From Gammaproteobacteria bacterium (GTDB lineage Bacteria; Pseudomonadota; Gammaproteobacteria; CAKMZV01): a stretch of DNA of 64,000 bases. The first letter of the stretch is position 1. Each line of letters begins with the position of its first letter. The DNA is taken from assembly GCA_965277775.1 (NCBI GenBank), contig OZ255843.1, positions 160,306 through 224,305 on the forward strand. Reading direction: 5' to 3'. Of the stretch, positions 39,152 through 48,973 are shown in pieces. The notes under the pieces were generated by a model. The model saw only the letters and a list, made by a program, of their open reading frames with translations. It ran no database searches and was not told the DNA's origin. Made by a program: the position numbers and the translations under genes.

Positions 39152-40537
39152 ATGGATATTGCATTACTATTCATAGTCATTATTGCGCTTATGCTGACAG
39201 GCGTACCCGTCGCCGTATGCCTTGGCATATCCAGCATTGGTTTTTTGCTGATCCATTCTGACACATCGCTGGCCTCAGTCGCTCAGACCCTTTTTAGTGC
39301 CTTTGAGGGGCATTACACCATGTTGGCCATTCCATTTTTCATCTTGGCTTCCAGCTTCATGTCAACCGGTGGTGTAGCCAAACGCATCATAAGATTCGCC
39401 ATCTCTATCGTTGGCTCATTTAGAGGCGGCTTAGCGCTTGCTTCAGTCTTTGCCTGCATGATGTTTGCAGCATTATCAGGCTCATCTCCAGCGACGGTCG
39501 TCGCCATCGGCTCGATTGTCATAGCAGGCATGCGCCAAATTGGCTACTCAAAAGAATTTTCAGCAGGGATTATTTGTAATGCAGGCACCCTCGGCATACT
39601 CATTCCGCCTTCTATCGTTATGGTGGTCTATGCGGCCGCGACGGATGTTTCAGTCGGTCGTATGTTTCTGGCTGGCGTTGTCCCAGGCTTAGTAGCCTGC
39701 TTGATGCTCATGTTCGCCATTTTCGTTTACGCTCAATACAAAGGACTGCCAAAACAACCATTTAAAGGCTTCAAAGAAATTTTCGACTCCTTCAGAGATG
39801 CCTTTTGGGGACTCATGTTGATTGTCATCGTTCTCGGAGGCATTTATGGCGGGCTGTTCACACCAACAGAAGCCGCAGCAGTTTCCGCTGTCTATGCTTT
39901 TATCGTCGCCAACTTCATCTATAGAGACATGGGGCCGTTGAAACGACAAGATGGCACAATTGAAGTAAGCAGAAACTCCTTTAGTCAAGTTGTGTTCAAA
40001 AGCCTCATGGTATTTACCCACTCAGATACAAAAAAAACCTTAGTTGACTCAGCCAAACTAACCATCATGCTGATGTTCATCATAGCCAATGCCTTAATCT
40101 TAAAACACGTATTAACCGAAGAACAGATCCCACAAGAAATAGCCAATGCACTGCTTAGTTTCGGCTTAGGACCCATTATGTTCCTGGTCATCGTCAATAT
40201 TATCTTATTGATTGGCGGTCAATTTATGGAACCCTCAGGATTGCTGATCATCGTTGCACCATTGGTATTCCCCATTGCCCTTAAACTAGGCATAGACCCC
40301 ATTCATCTGGGGATAATCATGGTCGTTAATATGGAAATAGGTATGATAACGCCACCAGTGGGGTTGAACTTATTTGTCACAGCAGGCATTGCCAAAATGT
40401 CCATGCTACAAATCATCAAAGCTGCCCTGCCCTGGGTTTCTGTAATGTTCATATTTCTCATAATGGTCACTTACATTCCTCAACTCTCAACCTGGTTGCC
40501 CACTTTAGTCATGGGACCTGAGTTGATCTTGCAATAA
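39152..40537 (+). CDS. dctM: TRAP large permease
   Basis: AIPFFILA, SGSSPAT, LGILIPPSI, FTPTEAAA, ITPPVGLNLFV. Confidence 0.95.
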   Translation: MDIALLFIVIIALMLTGVPVAVCLGISSIGFLLIHSDTSLASVAQTLFSAFEGHYTMLAIPFFILASSFMSTGGVAKRIIRFAISIVGSFRGGLALASVFACMMFAALSGSSPATVVAIGSIVIAGMRQIGYSKEFSAGIICNAGTLGILIPPSIVMVVYAAATDVSVGRMFLAGVVPGLVACLMLMFAIFVYAQYKGLPKQPFKGFKEIFDSFRDAFWGLMLIVIVLGGIYGGLFTPTEAAAVSAVYAFIVANFIYRDMGPLKRQDGTIEVSRNSFSQVVFKSLMVFTHSDTKKTLVDSAKLTIMLMFIIANALILKHVLTEEQIPQEIANALLSFGLGPIMFLVIVNIILLIGGQFMEPSGLLIIVAPLVFPIALKLGIDPIHLGIIMVVNMEIGMITPPVGLNLFVTAGIAKMSMLQIIKAALPWVSVMFIFLIMVTYIPQLSTWLPTLVMGPELILQ

Positions 40538-40544
40538 TCAGCTG

Positions 40545-40859
40545 ATGGATATGTTCGACCTAATCTGCCACACCGACTTTGACCAACCACCTCTCACACG
40601 CGCTGAACGGGCCAAAAACGTCAAAAAAAGCGATTACTTCAACCAATACGGCGAACAGGCGCGCATAGTATTGGAAGCCCTGTTAGACAAATACGCCGAC
40701 GAAGGCATTGAGAACATCAAAGATATGAAAACACTGCAAATCAACCCACTCAATCAATTTGGCTCCCCACTAGAAATCGCTGATCTATTTGGTGCTAAGG
40801 TAAAATATCAACAGATATTGGTAGAACTTAAAAATGAAATCTATAGAGGAGTAGCATAA
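40545..40859 (+). pseudogene. hsdR: 3' remnant of type I restriction subunit (EcoEI-R C-terminal domain only)
   Basis: DMFDLICHTDFDQPPLTRAERAKNVKK...YGEQARIVLEALLDKYADEGI; nuclease and helicase domains absent; starts 7 bp after dctM. Confidence 0.8.
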
Positions 40860-42076
40860 TGGCTGATTTTAAAATCAAAAGATTAAATATATCTGAAATC
40901 AACTTGGATGAAAAAAATCCTAGACTTGAGCCCACAAATTCACAAAGAGAAGCCATAAATATGCTCATGTCTGACCAAAAAGATAAGCTAATGAAATTGA
41001 TAAAACATATTTCGATAAACGGATTAAATCCAACAGCAAGAATTTTAGTTTTCAAAGAACATGGAAAAATAATAGATGGTGATGGCAATAGAAGAGTAGC
41101 CGCAATAAAAATTGCTCACACACCAGAACTATTAGATGATCAAGGATTGGTAAAGACTATAAAATCAATCAATATTCATAATTTTCCGTATGAAATAGAC
41201 TGTGTGATTTTTGAAAGTAGAAAGGATGCAGAGATTTGGATTAAACTTAACCATAATGGGCAAGGTGGTGGTGAGGGCACAATTCCATGGAGTTCTCAAG
41301 CAAAGGATAGATTCAACAACGTAAAAAGTATTGGAACACAGCTTATTGAACGGTACATAGAGCAAACTGACCAGTCGTCATATCAGAAAACAACTATGGA
41401 TAGGTTCTTTGGGAATAAATTTATAAGAGAGGAATTAAATCTTAAAAGAGATGATGGAATAATCGTTTTTGATGTAATTAACGATAAAAGAGCAAAAAAT
41501 TTAATTAAAAATCTAAAAAACGTTAAAGTATCTGAAGTTTATGATAATAAGAAAATTAAAATATTCTACCATGAAAATTTGAATAACCTTGATGAACAGG
41601 ACGAGGGTGAAAAAAATAATGCTAATGAACATCCGCCAGTTAAGTCAAGACCAACGACTACGTCGAGAAATGGAGTAGTAGCAACAGATTTTAATCTGAA
41701 GATTCATTGTGAGAAGACAAATAATATACTTAATGAGTTGAAAGAAATGGATGTTAGTAGTTTCCCTAACGCATCAGCTTGTCTCTTGAGGGTTTTTTTG
41801 GAACTATCGACTGACTATTATCTCTGCAAAGAAAAGGTAGATTTTAATAAAGAAATGAAGCTTTTGGGACGAATAAAAGTAGTCTTGGGTAAAATCAATC
41901 TAACAAAAAATGAAGAAAATGCATTAAACTCAATAATTTCTGATAAGAACAACCCCGTAAATACACATATTTTAAATTCTTATGTTCATAACAGACATCA
42001 TCATCCTGAAGCAAGTAGTTTAAAAACTGGCTTTGAGAACTTGAAACCTCTTTTTATAAAAATATACGGAAAATGA
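40859..42076 (+). CDS. ParB-like N-terminal plus HEPN-like C-terminal protein (PD-Lambda-5 A-like)
   Basis: LDEKNPR, DGNRR (ParB/Srx-like), NASACLLRVFLE...LNSYVHN (HEPN-like); AT-rich; TAATG coupling to the hsdR remnant. Confidence 0.7.
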   Translation: MADFKIKRLNISEINLDEKNPRLEPTNSQREAINMLMSDQKDKLMKLIKHISINGLNPTARILVFKEHGKIIDGDGNRRVAAIKIAHTPELLDDQGLVKTIKSINIHNFPYEIDCVIFESRKDAEIWIKLNHNGQGGGEGTIPWSSQAKDRFNNVKSIGTQLIERYIEQTDQSSYQKTTMDRFFGNKFIREELNLKRDDGIIVFDVINDKRAKNLIKNLKNVKVSEVYDNKKIKIFYHENLNNLDEQDEGEKNNANEHPPVKSRPTTTSRNGVVATDFNLKIHCEKTNNILNELKEMDVSSFPNASACLLRVFLELSTDYYLCKEKVDFNKEMKLLGRIKVVLGKINLTKNEENALNSIISDKNNPVNTHILNSYVHNRHHHPEASSLKTGFENLKPLFIKIYGK

Positions 42077-42915
42077 CCTTTTATTCTCCATTAAGATATC
42101 CTGGAGGTAAATCTCGATTGGCCCCTTTTATCAAACAAATCATCAAAAATAATGATTTGTTGGGGATTAGTTATATTGAACCTTATGCTGGCGGAGCTGG
42201 TGTTGCACTGCAACTCTTATTTGAAGAATATGTGTCTGAAATAACAATCAATGATTATGATCCGTCCATTTATTCATTTTGGTATAGCGTAGTTAATGAT
42301 ACAGAATCTTTTTGCAAAAAAATCAATGAAACTCCAATCAATATGGATTCTTGGTTTAAACAAAAGGAAATTCAAAAAATTGGTTTAAACAAAACTAATT
42401 TTTTTGAATTTGGTTTTTCAACATTTTTTCTTAACAGGACAAATATCTCTGGTGTCATTAAAGGTGGGGTGATTGGTGGTAAGAGCCAAGAAGGTAAATA
42501 CAAAATTGATGCTAGATTTAATAAAAAGAAACTGATTGAAAAAATAAAAAAAATAGGTAGGTATAGAAATAAAATTCATGTGATAAACGAGGATGCAAAA
42601 AATATTTTACAAAAGCAAATGGATGGTTTTTTTATTTATATTGATCCGCCATATGTATCGAAAGGGAGGGGTTTGTATATGAACTTTTACCAAGAAAATG
42701 ATCATAGAGAAGTATCAGAAGCCCTTTTAGAAAATGACTCAAATTGTTTTTGGGTTCTATCGTACGATACAAATGATTTAATTCAAGATTTATACGCCAA
42801 TTGTGAAAATAAAATTTCTTGGGATTTAAGTTATGGAACTTCAAATCGCAAGGGAAAAGAAAACATTTATCTGCATCCAAAATTAGAATTTAAGAAAGCT
42901 ATGATTGCACTATAA
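42073..42915 (+). CDS. DNA adenine methyltransferase (Dam/D12 class)
   Basis: SPLRYPGGKS, EPYAGG, LNRTN, DPPY; ATGA overlap with the upstream gene. Confidence 0.93.
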   Translation: MTFYSPLRYPGGKSRLAPFIKQIIKNNDLLGISYIEPYAGGAGVALQLLFEEYVSEITINDYDPSIYSFWYSVVNDTESFCKKINETPINMDSWFKQKEIQKIGLNKTNFFEFGFSTFFLNRTNISGVIKGGVIGGKSQEGKYKIDARFNKKKLIEKIKKIGRYRNKIHVINEDAKNILQKQMDGFFIYIDPPYVSKGRGLYMNFYQENDHREVSEALLENDSNCFWVLSYDTNDLIQDLYANCENKISWDLSYGTSNRKGKENIYLHPKLEFKKAMIAL

Positions 42916-42917
42916 CT

Positions 42918-43088
42918 ATGATCTTTTCCATTATTACGTAGGCGCAAAAGATCATGCATCAGGAAATTGGCATGGGCAGAGATGAATTGCGTTTTTTGCA
43001 GTTGAGTTGGATGCTGTTTCTAAAACTATTCAGTGACAAGAATAAAGAACTGGAATTCACAGACAAATTGGTGTTCGTTAAACTTTGA
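42918..43088 (+). pseudogene. hsdM: 5' remnant of type I methyltransferase subunit with in-frame stop
   Basis: MIFSIIT*AQKIMHQEIGMGRDELRFLQLSWMLFLKLFSDKNKELEFTD resembles the HsdM N-terminus (IMRxD...QLxWMLFLK); TAG at 42939-42941. Confidence 0.7.
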
Positions 43089-43223
43089 TAACCCCATCAA
43101 GTGTATCTATTTCTGAGGATCAATTCTTAAACAGAATCTCTCATTGACTGCGACATTTATACAATCATTTCGCTTCCTTGCGACTGGCACTCTTTATACA
43201 AATTAAAAGATTGGAGATTAGAA

Positions 43224-43607
43224 ATGAAACAAGACTTAGAGTTGAATAAAAAAAATGCAATCGCATTTTATCGTACTGCTTATATGGGCGATCCTGCTAG
43301 TGCAGTTGAGCAGTATGTTGGAGAGCAATATATACAACATAATCCAGCCGTTGCAGATAGTAAGCAAGGGTTTATCGACTATTTTGATAGAATGGCTCGA
43401 GAGTATCCTTATAAAAGTATCGAATTTGTAAGGGCCATTGCTGAAGGTAATTTAGTGGCACTACATACACACCAGATATGGCCAGATAATGATCAATACG
43501 TAACAATGGATTTTTTCCGTTTTGATGACAAGGGTAAAATTGTTGAACATTGGGATTCTATACAAGGTGTACCAAGTGAAACAGAAAATGGAAATCTAAT
43601 GTACTAG
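43224..43607 (+). CDS. SnoaL-like/NTF2-family protein
   Basis: YIQHNP, AEGNLVALH, MDFFRFD..GKIVEHWD; GGAG RBS. Confidence 0.88.
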   Translation: MKQDLELNKKNAIAFYRTAYMGDPASAVEQYVGEQYIQHNPAVADSKQGFIDYFDRMAREYPYKSIEFVRAIAEGNLVALHTHQIWPDNDQYVTMDFFRFDDKGKIVEHWDSIQGVPSETENGNLMY

Positions 43608-43801
43608 ACCCTTAGTTGTCTTGAGTTTTATACGTGTCACAGAGTAGCTAAAATTTTTACGGAATGACGTTTTTTTATTTTGGGCAGTCAATCCAATAAC
43701 AGATTCATTACCTGAAAATGAGTATGTATTAGGTACTCTCGTTAGTCATTTTAAACGAAGCTTTGTTTACTTTGATCCGAGCCATATCATAAAAATTGAG
43801 T

Positions 43802-43942
43802 TCAGCTATAGGGACCATCAGATTTTTTATGAGACACAATTTTTTCAGCAGTGCGATCTATTTTTACATAACGCCCCGATTTAGGGTTCTTAACTTGCAC
43901 AACATCTCTTTTGGCTGACCCAGATGGTTTGGTTGCTGACAT
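43802..43942 (-). CDS. Small basic protein, 46 aa (below ORF-track cutoff)
   Basis: MSATKPSGSAKRDVVQVKNPKSGRYVKIDRTAEKIVSHKKSDGPYS; AAGGT RBS 6 nt before the ATG. Confidence 0.5.
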   Translation of the reverse strand: MSATKPSGSAKRDVVQVKNPKSGRYVKIDRTAEKIVSHKKSDGPYS

Positions 43943-44240
43943 ATAATTACCTTTAATTTCTCTTGATACTCAACGGCTAAACTAACTGGTGCAAGACGCA
44001 TTAGCACAGTGCATCTGATTGGATGTCCGTTCGACTATGACTGATTATTATACTCGGTGAGGATGTTTTTTAAATATTGCATAAGTGTGTCAATTAAAGG
44101 ATTCTTCACTTTTAAAGGGACGCACCACCGAATGTAGGGAGGAGATAAATAATTAATACCCGTTGAGCAGAAATTCTCGATAAGCAGAGAACGCTTTTTT
44201 GATCGCATGTAAAAGAGACACTATTCGAGTTTTTCCAACG

Positions 44241-44266
44241 AAAAAACCATCACTCTCGCGAGTGAT
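44241..44266 (-). terminator. Rho-independent terminator of the ABC operon
   Basis: ATCACTC-gcga-GAGTGAT followed by GGTTTTTT on the minus strand. Confidence 0.55.
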
Positions 44267-44301
44267 CAAATTAAGGATATTTTAGAGTGTTGTGGTATTG
44301 A

Positions 44302-45153
44302 TTATTCAATGCCGCGCAATCGATTGTTGCGACGACGAATGAATTCTAAGAAGACTAAGAGGCTGACTGAGATGAGGAAGAACAAGGTGGCAACCGCAAG
44401 GATGACTGGGTTGATTTGTTCGCGCAAGCCAGACCACATTTGAACTGTGACGGTGGTTTGCTCGAATCCGCCTAAGAACAAAATTATGACCACTTCATCG
44501 AATGAGGCGATGAAGGCGAATAAGCCGCCAGAAATGATGCCCGGTGCAACAATGGGGGCAATCACACGGAAGAATATGGTTACGCCAGAGGCGCCTAAGT
44601 TTTGAGCGGCTCGAACCAAGTTATAGTCAAATCCGCTTAGGGTTGCTGTGACGGTGATCACCACAAATGGTGTACCAATAACAGCATGCGCCAGTATCAC
44701 ACCTATAAAGGTTTTTGCCAGACCCATTTTAACGAAGAAAAAGAACATGCCTACAGCAGAAATGATGATGGGTACGATCAATGGTGAAATGAGTATGGTC
44801 ATGATCAGCCCTTTATAAGGCATATAAGCCCTTGATAGACCCAAAGCGGCAACGGTGCCTAAAAAGGTAGCAATGATGGTGGCAAAAATGGCGATGACAA
44901 AGCTGTTGCGAATCGATCTCATCCAATCTTCGGAGGCAAACAGTTCTTGATACCAGCGAATGGAATAGCCTGCAGGATCGAGCGACAACATTTCAGGGGT
45001 AAAGGTGAAATAAGCCGTCGCATTAAACGACAGAGGGATGATCACCAAAATGGGGAAAATCAAAAATAGGAAGATGAGCCCGCAAACACCGTAAAAGATG
45101 TATTCAGCCATTAACTGCCAAAATGTTTTATAGGGGTGTTTTATTCTGATCAT
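44302..45153 (-). CDS. ABC transporter permease (PotC-like)
   Basis: IIPLSFN, RAAQNLGA EAA loop, SFDEVV. Confidence 0.92.
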   Translation of the reverse strand: MIRIKHPYKTFWQLMAEYIFYGVCGLIFLFLIFPILVIIPLSFNATAYFTFTPEMLSLDPAGYSIRWYQELFASEDWMRSIRNSFVIAIFATIIATFLGTVAALGLSRAYMPYKGLIMTILISPLIVPIIISAVGMFFFFVKMGLAKTFIGVILAHAVIGTPFVVITVTATLSGFDYNLVRAAQNLGASGVTIFFRVIAPIVAPGIISGGLFAFIASFDEVVIILFLGGFEQTTVTVQMWSGLREQINPVILAVATLFFLISVSLLVFLEFIRRRNNRLRGIE

Positions 45154-45164
45154 AGTCTTTGCTC

Positions 45165-46415
45165 TTAGAATCGAATCCTGTCAAGGCCAAATAATTTGTT
45201 GTATAACCAATATAAAATCAAAACAATGGCTAATAACATGCCACTGAGTGCCGCTGCCAGACCCCAGTTAAGTGAGTTCTGCATGTGATAGGCAATGAGA
45301 TTTGAGATCAGTTGTCCGGTGCTACCACCCACCAAGGCGGGGGTGATGTAATAGCCAATTGCGAGAATAAAGACCAACAGTCCCCCTGCCCCGATGCCCG
45401 GAACGGTCAATGGAATGTAAACACGACGGAATGCCAACCACCAATTTGCGCCCAATGAAATGGCGGCGCGCATGTACGTGGGTGGAATATTCTTCATAAC
45501 GCTGTAAACGGGCAGAATCATAAATGGCAATAAGATGTGGGTCATGGCAACCAGAGTGCCAGCCATGTTGTAAATCATTCGGACGCGCTCAGTGTCGCCG
45601 ACAATGCCGAGCAGCACCAGGAGATCATTTAAGGGTCCATGCGTTTGCAGTAACACAATCCATGAGGTGGTTCGCACCAATAAGGATGTCCAGAACGGCA
45701 GAAGCACCATAATCATCATCAAATTGGCAATTTTATCGGGTAAGGTGGAAAGCAGATAGGCCACAGGAAAGCCCAAAACCACACAGAACAGGGTGATTAA
45801 AACACCCACGACCAATGTTCGTACAAATAAGGAAACATAAATCGCTCTATGTTCTTCACGTGCTACGATGTCGCCTTCCTTGTCGTATTCTTTATCGAGC
45901 GCTGCGACGTAATAAGAAATGGTAAACGGCGATATTTCACGGCCAATGATGCGCCACACGTGTGGATCACCCCAGCGTTTGTCTATTTTTATGACCGCTT
46001 CTTTAAACGGTGCTTCAAGATTTTTGGCACGGCGTGATGTCTTTTTAATTAAGGTTCTTAGGCCGGCTTGTTCATAATTCAGTCTTGTCGCGATTTTGCC
46101 ATCATCTTTAACGGCTTTACTGGCGACTAAATCCAAAACCAGTGCTTCGTAAACGGCTTCTGGCGGGGTTTGAGTTGTGTCTTGCCACTGTTCAATCACA
46201 TTCGCTGTCTTGGGCATGTGTTCACTCAGTGTATCGTCATAGAATGAATTGACCAAAATCAATCCAATGGGAACGATGAAGGCGATCACAATGAACGATA
46301 ACAGGGGCGATACCAATAAAAATGCACGCCAACGCAATCTTCTTTGCGCTTTATCGTATTGTTGCCTTAAATGATTAGCAACGTCTTTGTCGAAGCCTGA
46401 CGAGGTTTGTTGCAT
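45165..46415 (-). CDS. ABC transporter permease (PotB-like, large periplasmic insert)
   Basis: LPFWTSLLVRT, RAAISLGA, GYYITPALVGG. Confidence 0.92.
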   Translation of the reverse strand: MQQTSSGFDKDVANHLRQQYDKAQRRLRWRAFLLVSPLLSFIVIAFIVPIGLILVNSFYDDTLSEHMPKTANVIEQWQDTTQTPPEAVYEALVLDLVASKAVKDDGKIATRLNYEQAGLRTLIKKTSRRAKNLEAPFKEAVIKIDKRWGDPHVWRIIGREISPFTISYYVAALDKEYDKEGDIVAREEHRAIYVSLFVRTLVVGVLITLFCVVLGFPVAYLLSTLPDKIANLMMIMVLLPFWTSLLVRTTSWIVLLQTHGPLNDLLVLLGIVGDTERVRMIYNMAGTLVAMTHILLPFMILPVYSVMKNIPPTYMRAAISLGANWWLAFRRVYIPLTVPGIGAGGLLVFILAIGYYITPALVGGSTGQLISNLIAYHMQNSLNWGLAAALSGMLLAIVLILYWLYNKLFGLDRIRF

Positions 46416-46429
46416 TGCAATATCCTATT

Positions 46430-46459
46430 AAAAGTATGGTGACCGAAGTCACCACACTT
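46430..46459 (-). terminator. Stem-loop with UUCG tetraloop between the binding-protein and permease genes
   Basis: AAGTGTGGTGAC-ttcg-GTCACCATACTT-TT on the minus strand. Confidence 0.65.
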
Positions 46460-46471
46460 AAAAACTTATGC

Positions 46472-47551
46472 TTATTTCGCCAACCAAGCGTTAAAACGCT
46501 CTGTTAGAGACTCTTTGTTGTCTGTCCAAAATTGAGCATTTTTGAAGTAAACATCAACCATGTTGCCAGGTGCTGTAGGCATATGAGGTGCCATATCAAC
46601 ACCATCCACTGATTTACCCACTAAAGCCGCTGATGATTTACGCATAGGACCATAAGAGATCCATTTTGCTTGATCAGCCAACCGTTGTGAATCAGTTGCG
46701 AAGTAGAGATACTTCTTAACAGTATCAGTCAATTTGCCTTGAGGGATAACCCAGCCGTCTAACTCAAGTGCTTGACCAGCCCATAGAATTTCAATGGGTT
46801 GTTTTTCATTCACTTGTGCGTCAAAGAAACGACCGTTAAAACCACTTGAAATAGAAACTTCTTTGTCCGCTAGAAGCTGAGGTCCTTGAGAACCCGCAGT
46901 CCACCAAACAACATGGTCTTTAATGGTGTCTAATTTTTTGAATGCACGGTCAACACCTTTTTTGGTGCTAAGAACGTCATAAAGATCATTAATGGCTACG
47001 CCGTCAGCAATCAATGCCCATTCAAGGTTCAAATACGCTGCTTTTTCAAGAGCACGTTTGCCTGGGAATTTTTCAAGATCAAAGACGTCTTTGATTGATT
47101 TAGGACCGTCTTTGAGCATTTCTGAATTATAAGCAAACAATGTTGAATAAACGATTGTTGGAATAAAACAACCATTTAAACCGCCGAGGAAGTCATCTGA
47201 GGGTAAAGAACCATCATTGCCTTTGGCCAAAATTTTATCGTAATCGATTTCTTCTACCAAACCTTCATCACAAAGCAATGCAGCATCTGATTCAATGACA
47301 TCGACAACGTCCCAAGTTACTTTTCCTGCTTGAACTTGAGCACGAATCCCTGCGGGTGCCGCACTGCCTTTATCAACGTTATTGACTTTAATGCCATATT
47401 TTTTGGTAAAAGGCTTATGATAAGCTTCGTTTTGACTTTTGGTATAAGCGCCGCCCCATGATACAGCGGTCAATGTTTCTTCTGCTGCGGCCATCACTGG
47501 CAAACACAAAGCAACGACACAAAGACCTCTACGTATGTTCTTACTATTCAT
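46472..47551 (-). CDS. ABC solute-binding protein (PotD/PotF family)
   Basis: Signal peptide, VSWGGAY, WDVV, FPGKR, LEWALIADGV, ERFNAWL. Confidence 0.9.
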   Translation of the reverse strand: MNSKNIRRGLCVVALCLPVMAAAEETLTAVSWGGAYTKSQNEAYHKPFTKKYGIKVNNVDKGSAAPAGIRAQVQAGKVTWDVVDVIESDAALLCDEGLVEEIDYDKILAKGNDGSLPSDDFLGGLNGCFIPTIVYSTLFAYNSEMLKDGPKSIKDVFDLEKFPGKRALEKAAYLNLEWALIADGVAINDLYDVLSTKKGVDRAFKKLDTIKDHVVWWTAGSQGPQLLADKEVSISSGFNGRFFDAQVNEKQPIEILWAGQALELDGWVIPQGKLTDTVKKYLYFATDSQRLADQAKWISYGPMRKSSAALVGKSVDGVDMAPHMPTAPGNMVDVYFKNAQFWTDNKESLTERFNAWLAK

Positions 47552-47616
47552 AAAAAACTCCAGAATTTACAAATGGTTAATTAAAATACAACCAGTGTCA
47601 TACCTGACATTGATTG

Positions 47617-48705
47617 CTATGCATCCAAAACACAGCAGTGCTGTGTATTCCAACTCAACTTCAACGTATCTCCTGCATGGTAATGCGTTTTCAACTGATT
47701 ATTGAGAATTTTGACAATGAATTCATCATTACCGAGTACGTTGATTCGTAATCTCGTATGATCGCCCATATAAATAGCTTCTTCGACCACGCCTTGTATG
47801 TTATTGTTATTGGCTTGGTCGTTTTCTGAATCAATCACCACTTTTTCAGGACGTATAGAGATGATAACAGATTTGCCTTCACCGACAGTGGATGTGCAAT
47901 TTCCCGTTAAAATCGTATCTTTGACGGCGACTGTGGCCATGTCGCCTTCTCTGCCTTTAAGTTCGCCCATGATGTTGTTGTTTTCACCAATGAAATTGGC
48001 AACGAAGATGTTTTCAGGTTTTTCGTACAGTACTTCTGGTGAGGAATGTTGTTGGATTTTGCCATCATTAAACACGGCAACGCGATCAGACATGGTTATG
48101 GCTTCGCTTTGATCGTGCGTTACATAAACGATGGTAATGCCTAAGCGTTCATGCAAATGTTTGATTTCAAATTGCATTTCTTCACGTAAGTTTTTATCCA
48201 AAGCCCCTAAAGGTTCGTCCATCAATACGATTTGTGGTTCAAAAGTGATGGCTCGAGCCACTGCTACACGCTGTTGTTGACCACCAGAGAGCTGAGAAAT
48301 GCGTCGAGAAGCAAAGGCTTCTAAGCGCACGATTGATAGAATTTTTTCAACTTGTTGTTTGATGGCATCTTTGGGCATTTTCCGAATTTCTAAGGGAAAA
48401 GCCAAGTTTTCAAACACCGTCATGTGTGGGAAGAGCGCATAGTTTTGAAAAACCATGCCGATGTTGCGTTTGTTTGGGGGAATATTTTGAACGGGGGTGT
48501 CGTCAATCAGGATATCACCACTGGTGACCGTTTCAAACCCAGCGAGCATCATCAAACAGGTGGTTTTACCTGAACCTGATGGACCGAGCAAAGATAAGAA
48601 TTCACCCTTTTTAACTTCCAAATTTAAGTCATCGACAATGATGGTTTTGCCATCATAGCTCTTTCGTACGTCTTTAAATACAATGTGAGAAATGTCTGAA
48701 ATCAT
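47617..48705 (-). CDS. ABC ATP-binding protein (PotA-like)
   Basis: GPSGSGKT, VFQNYALFPH, LSGGQQQR, DEPLGALD, TOBE-like C-terminus. Confidence 0.95.
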   Translation of the reverse strand: MISDISHIVFKDVRKSYDGKTIIVDDLNLEVKKGEFLSLLGPSGSGKTTCLMMLAGFETVTSGDILIDDTPVQNIPPNKRNIGMVFQNYALFPHMTVFENLAFPLEIRKMPKDAIKQQVEKILSIVRLEAFASRRISQLSGGQQQRVAVARAITFEPQIVLMDEPLGALDKNLREEMQFEIKHLHERLGITIVYVTHDQSEAITMSDRVAVFNDGKIQQHSSPEVLYEKPENIFVANFIGENNNIMGELKGREGDMATVAVKDTILTGNCTSTVGEGKSVIISIRPEKVVIDSENDQANNNNIQGVVEEAIYMGDHTRLRINVLGNDEFIVKILNNQLKTHYHAGDTLKLSWNTQHCCVLDA

Positions 48706-48973
48706 AATTGAGGCTCTTTTTGATAATCTTATATAATCTTATTGAAGCGTATTAAATAGACCTGTTAGTGGTTTAAATTCATGCCCTCTAAGTTCAATTT
48801 ATCGTTTTCTATGTCAAGTACGTCAGCTTCACGTAAATTTTTGAAGGTGCTATTAAACTAGAATTATTCTATTTTATCAAGTCCGAATTGCATAATTCAA
48901 TACAAAAACCCTGATGATAGCAGATTAAATTACGAATAAATAATATTTTATCCAAAAACACTTAATTTTATAT

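Noticed and set aside
43648-43884. Stop-free plus-strand frame (WAVNPITDSLPENEY...)
   Set aside because: No convincing start or RBS, no recognisable family, and it overlaps the better-supported minus-strand microprotein
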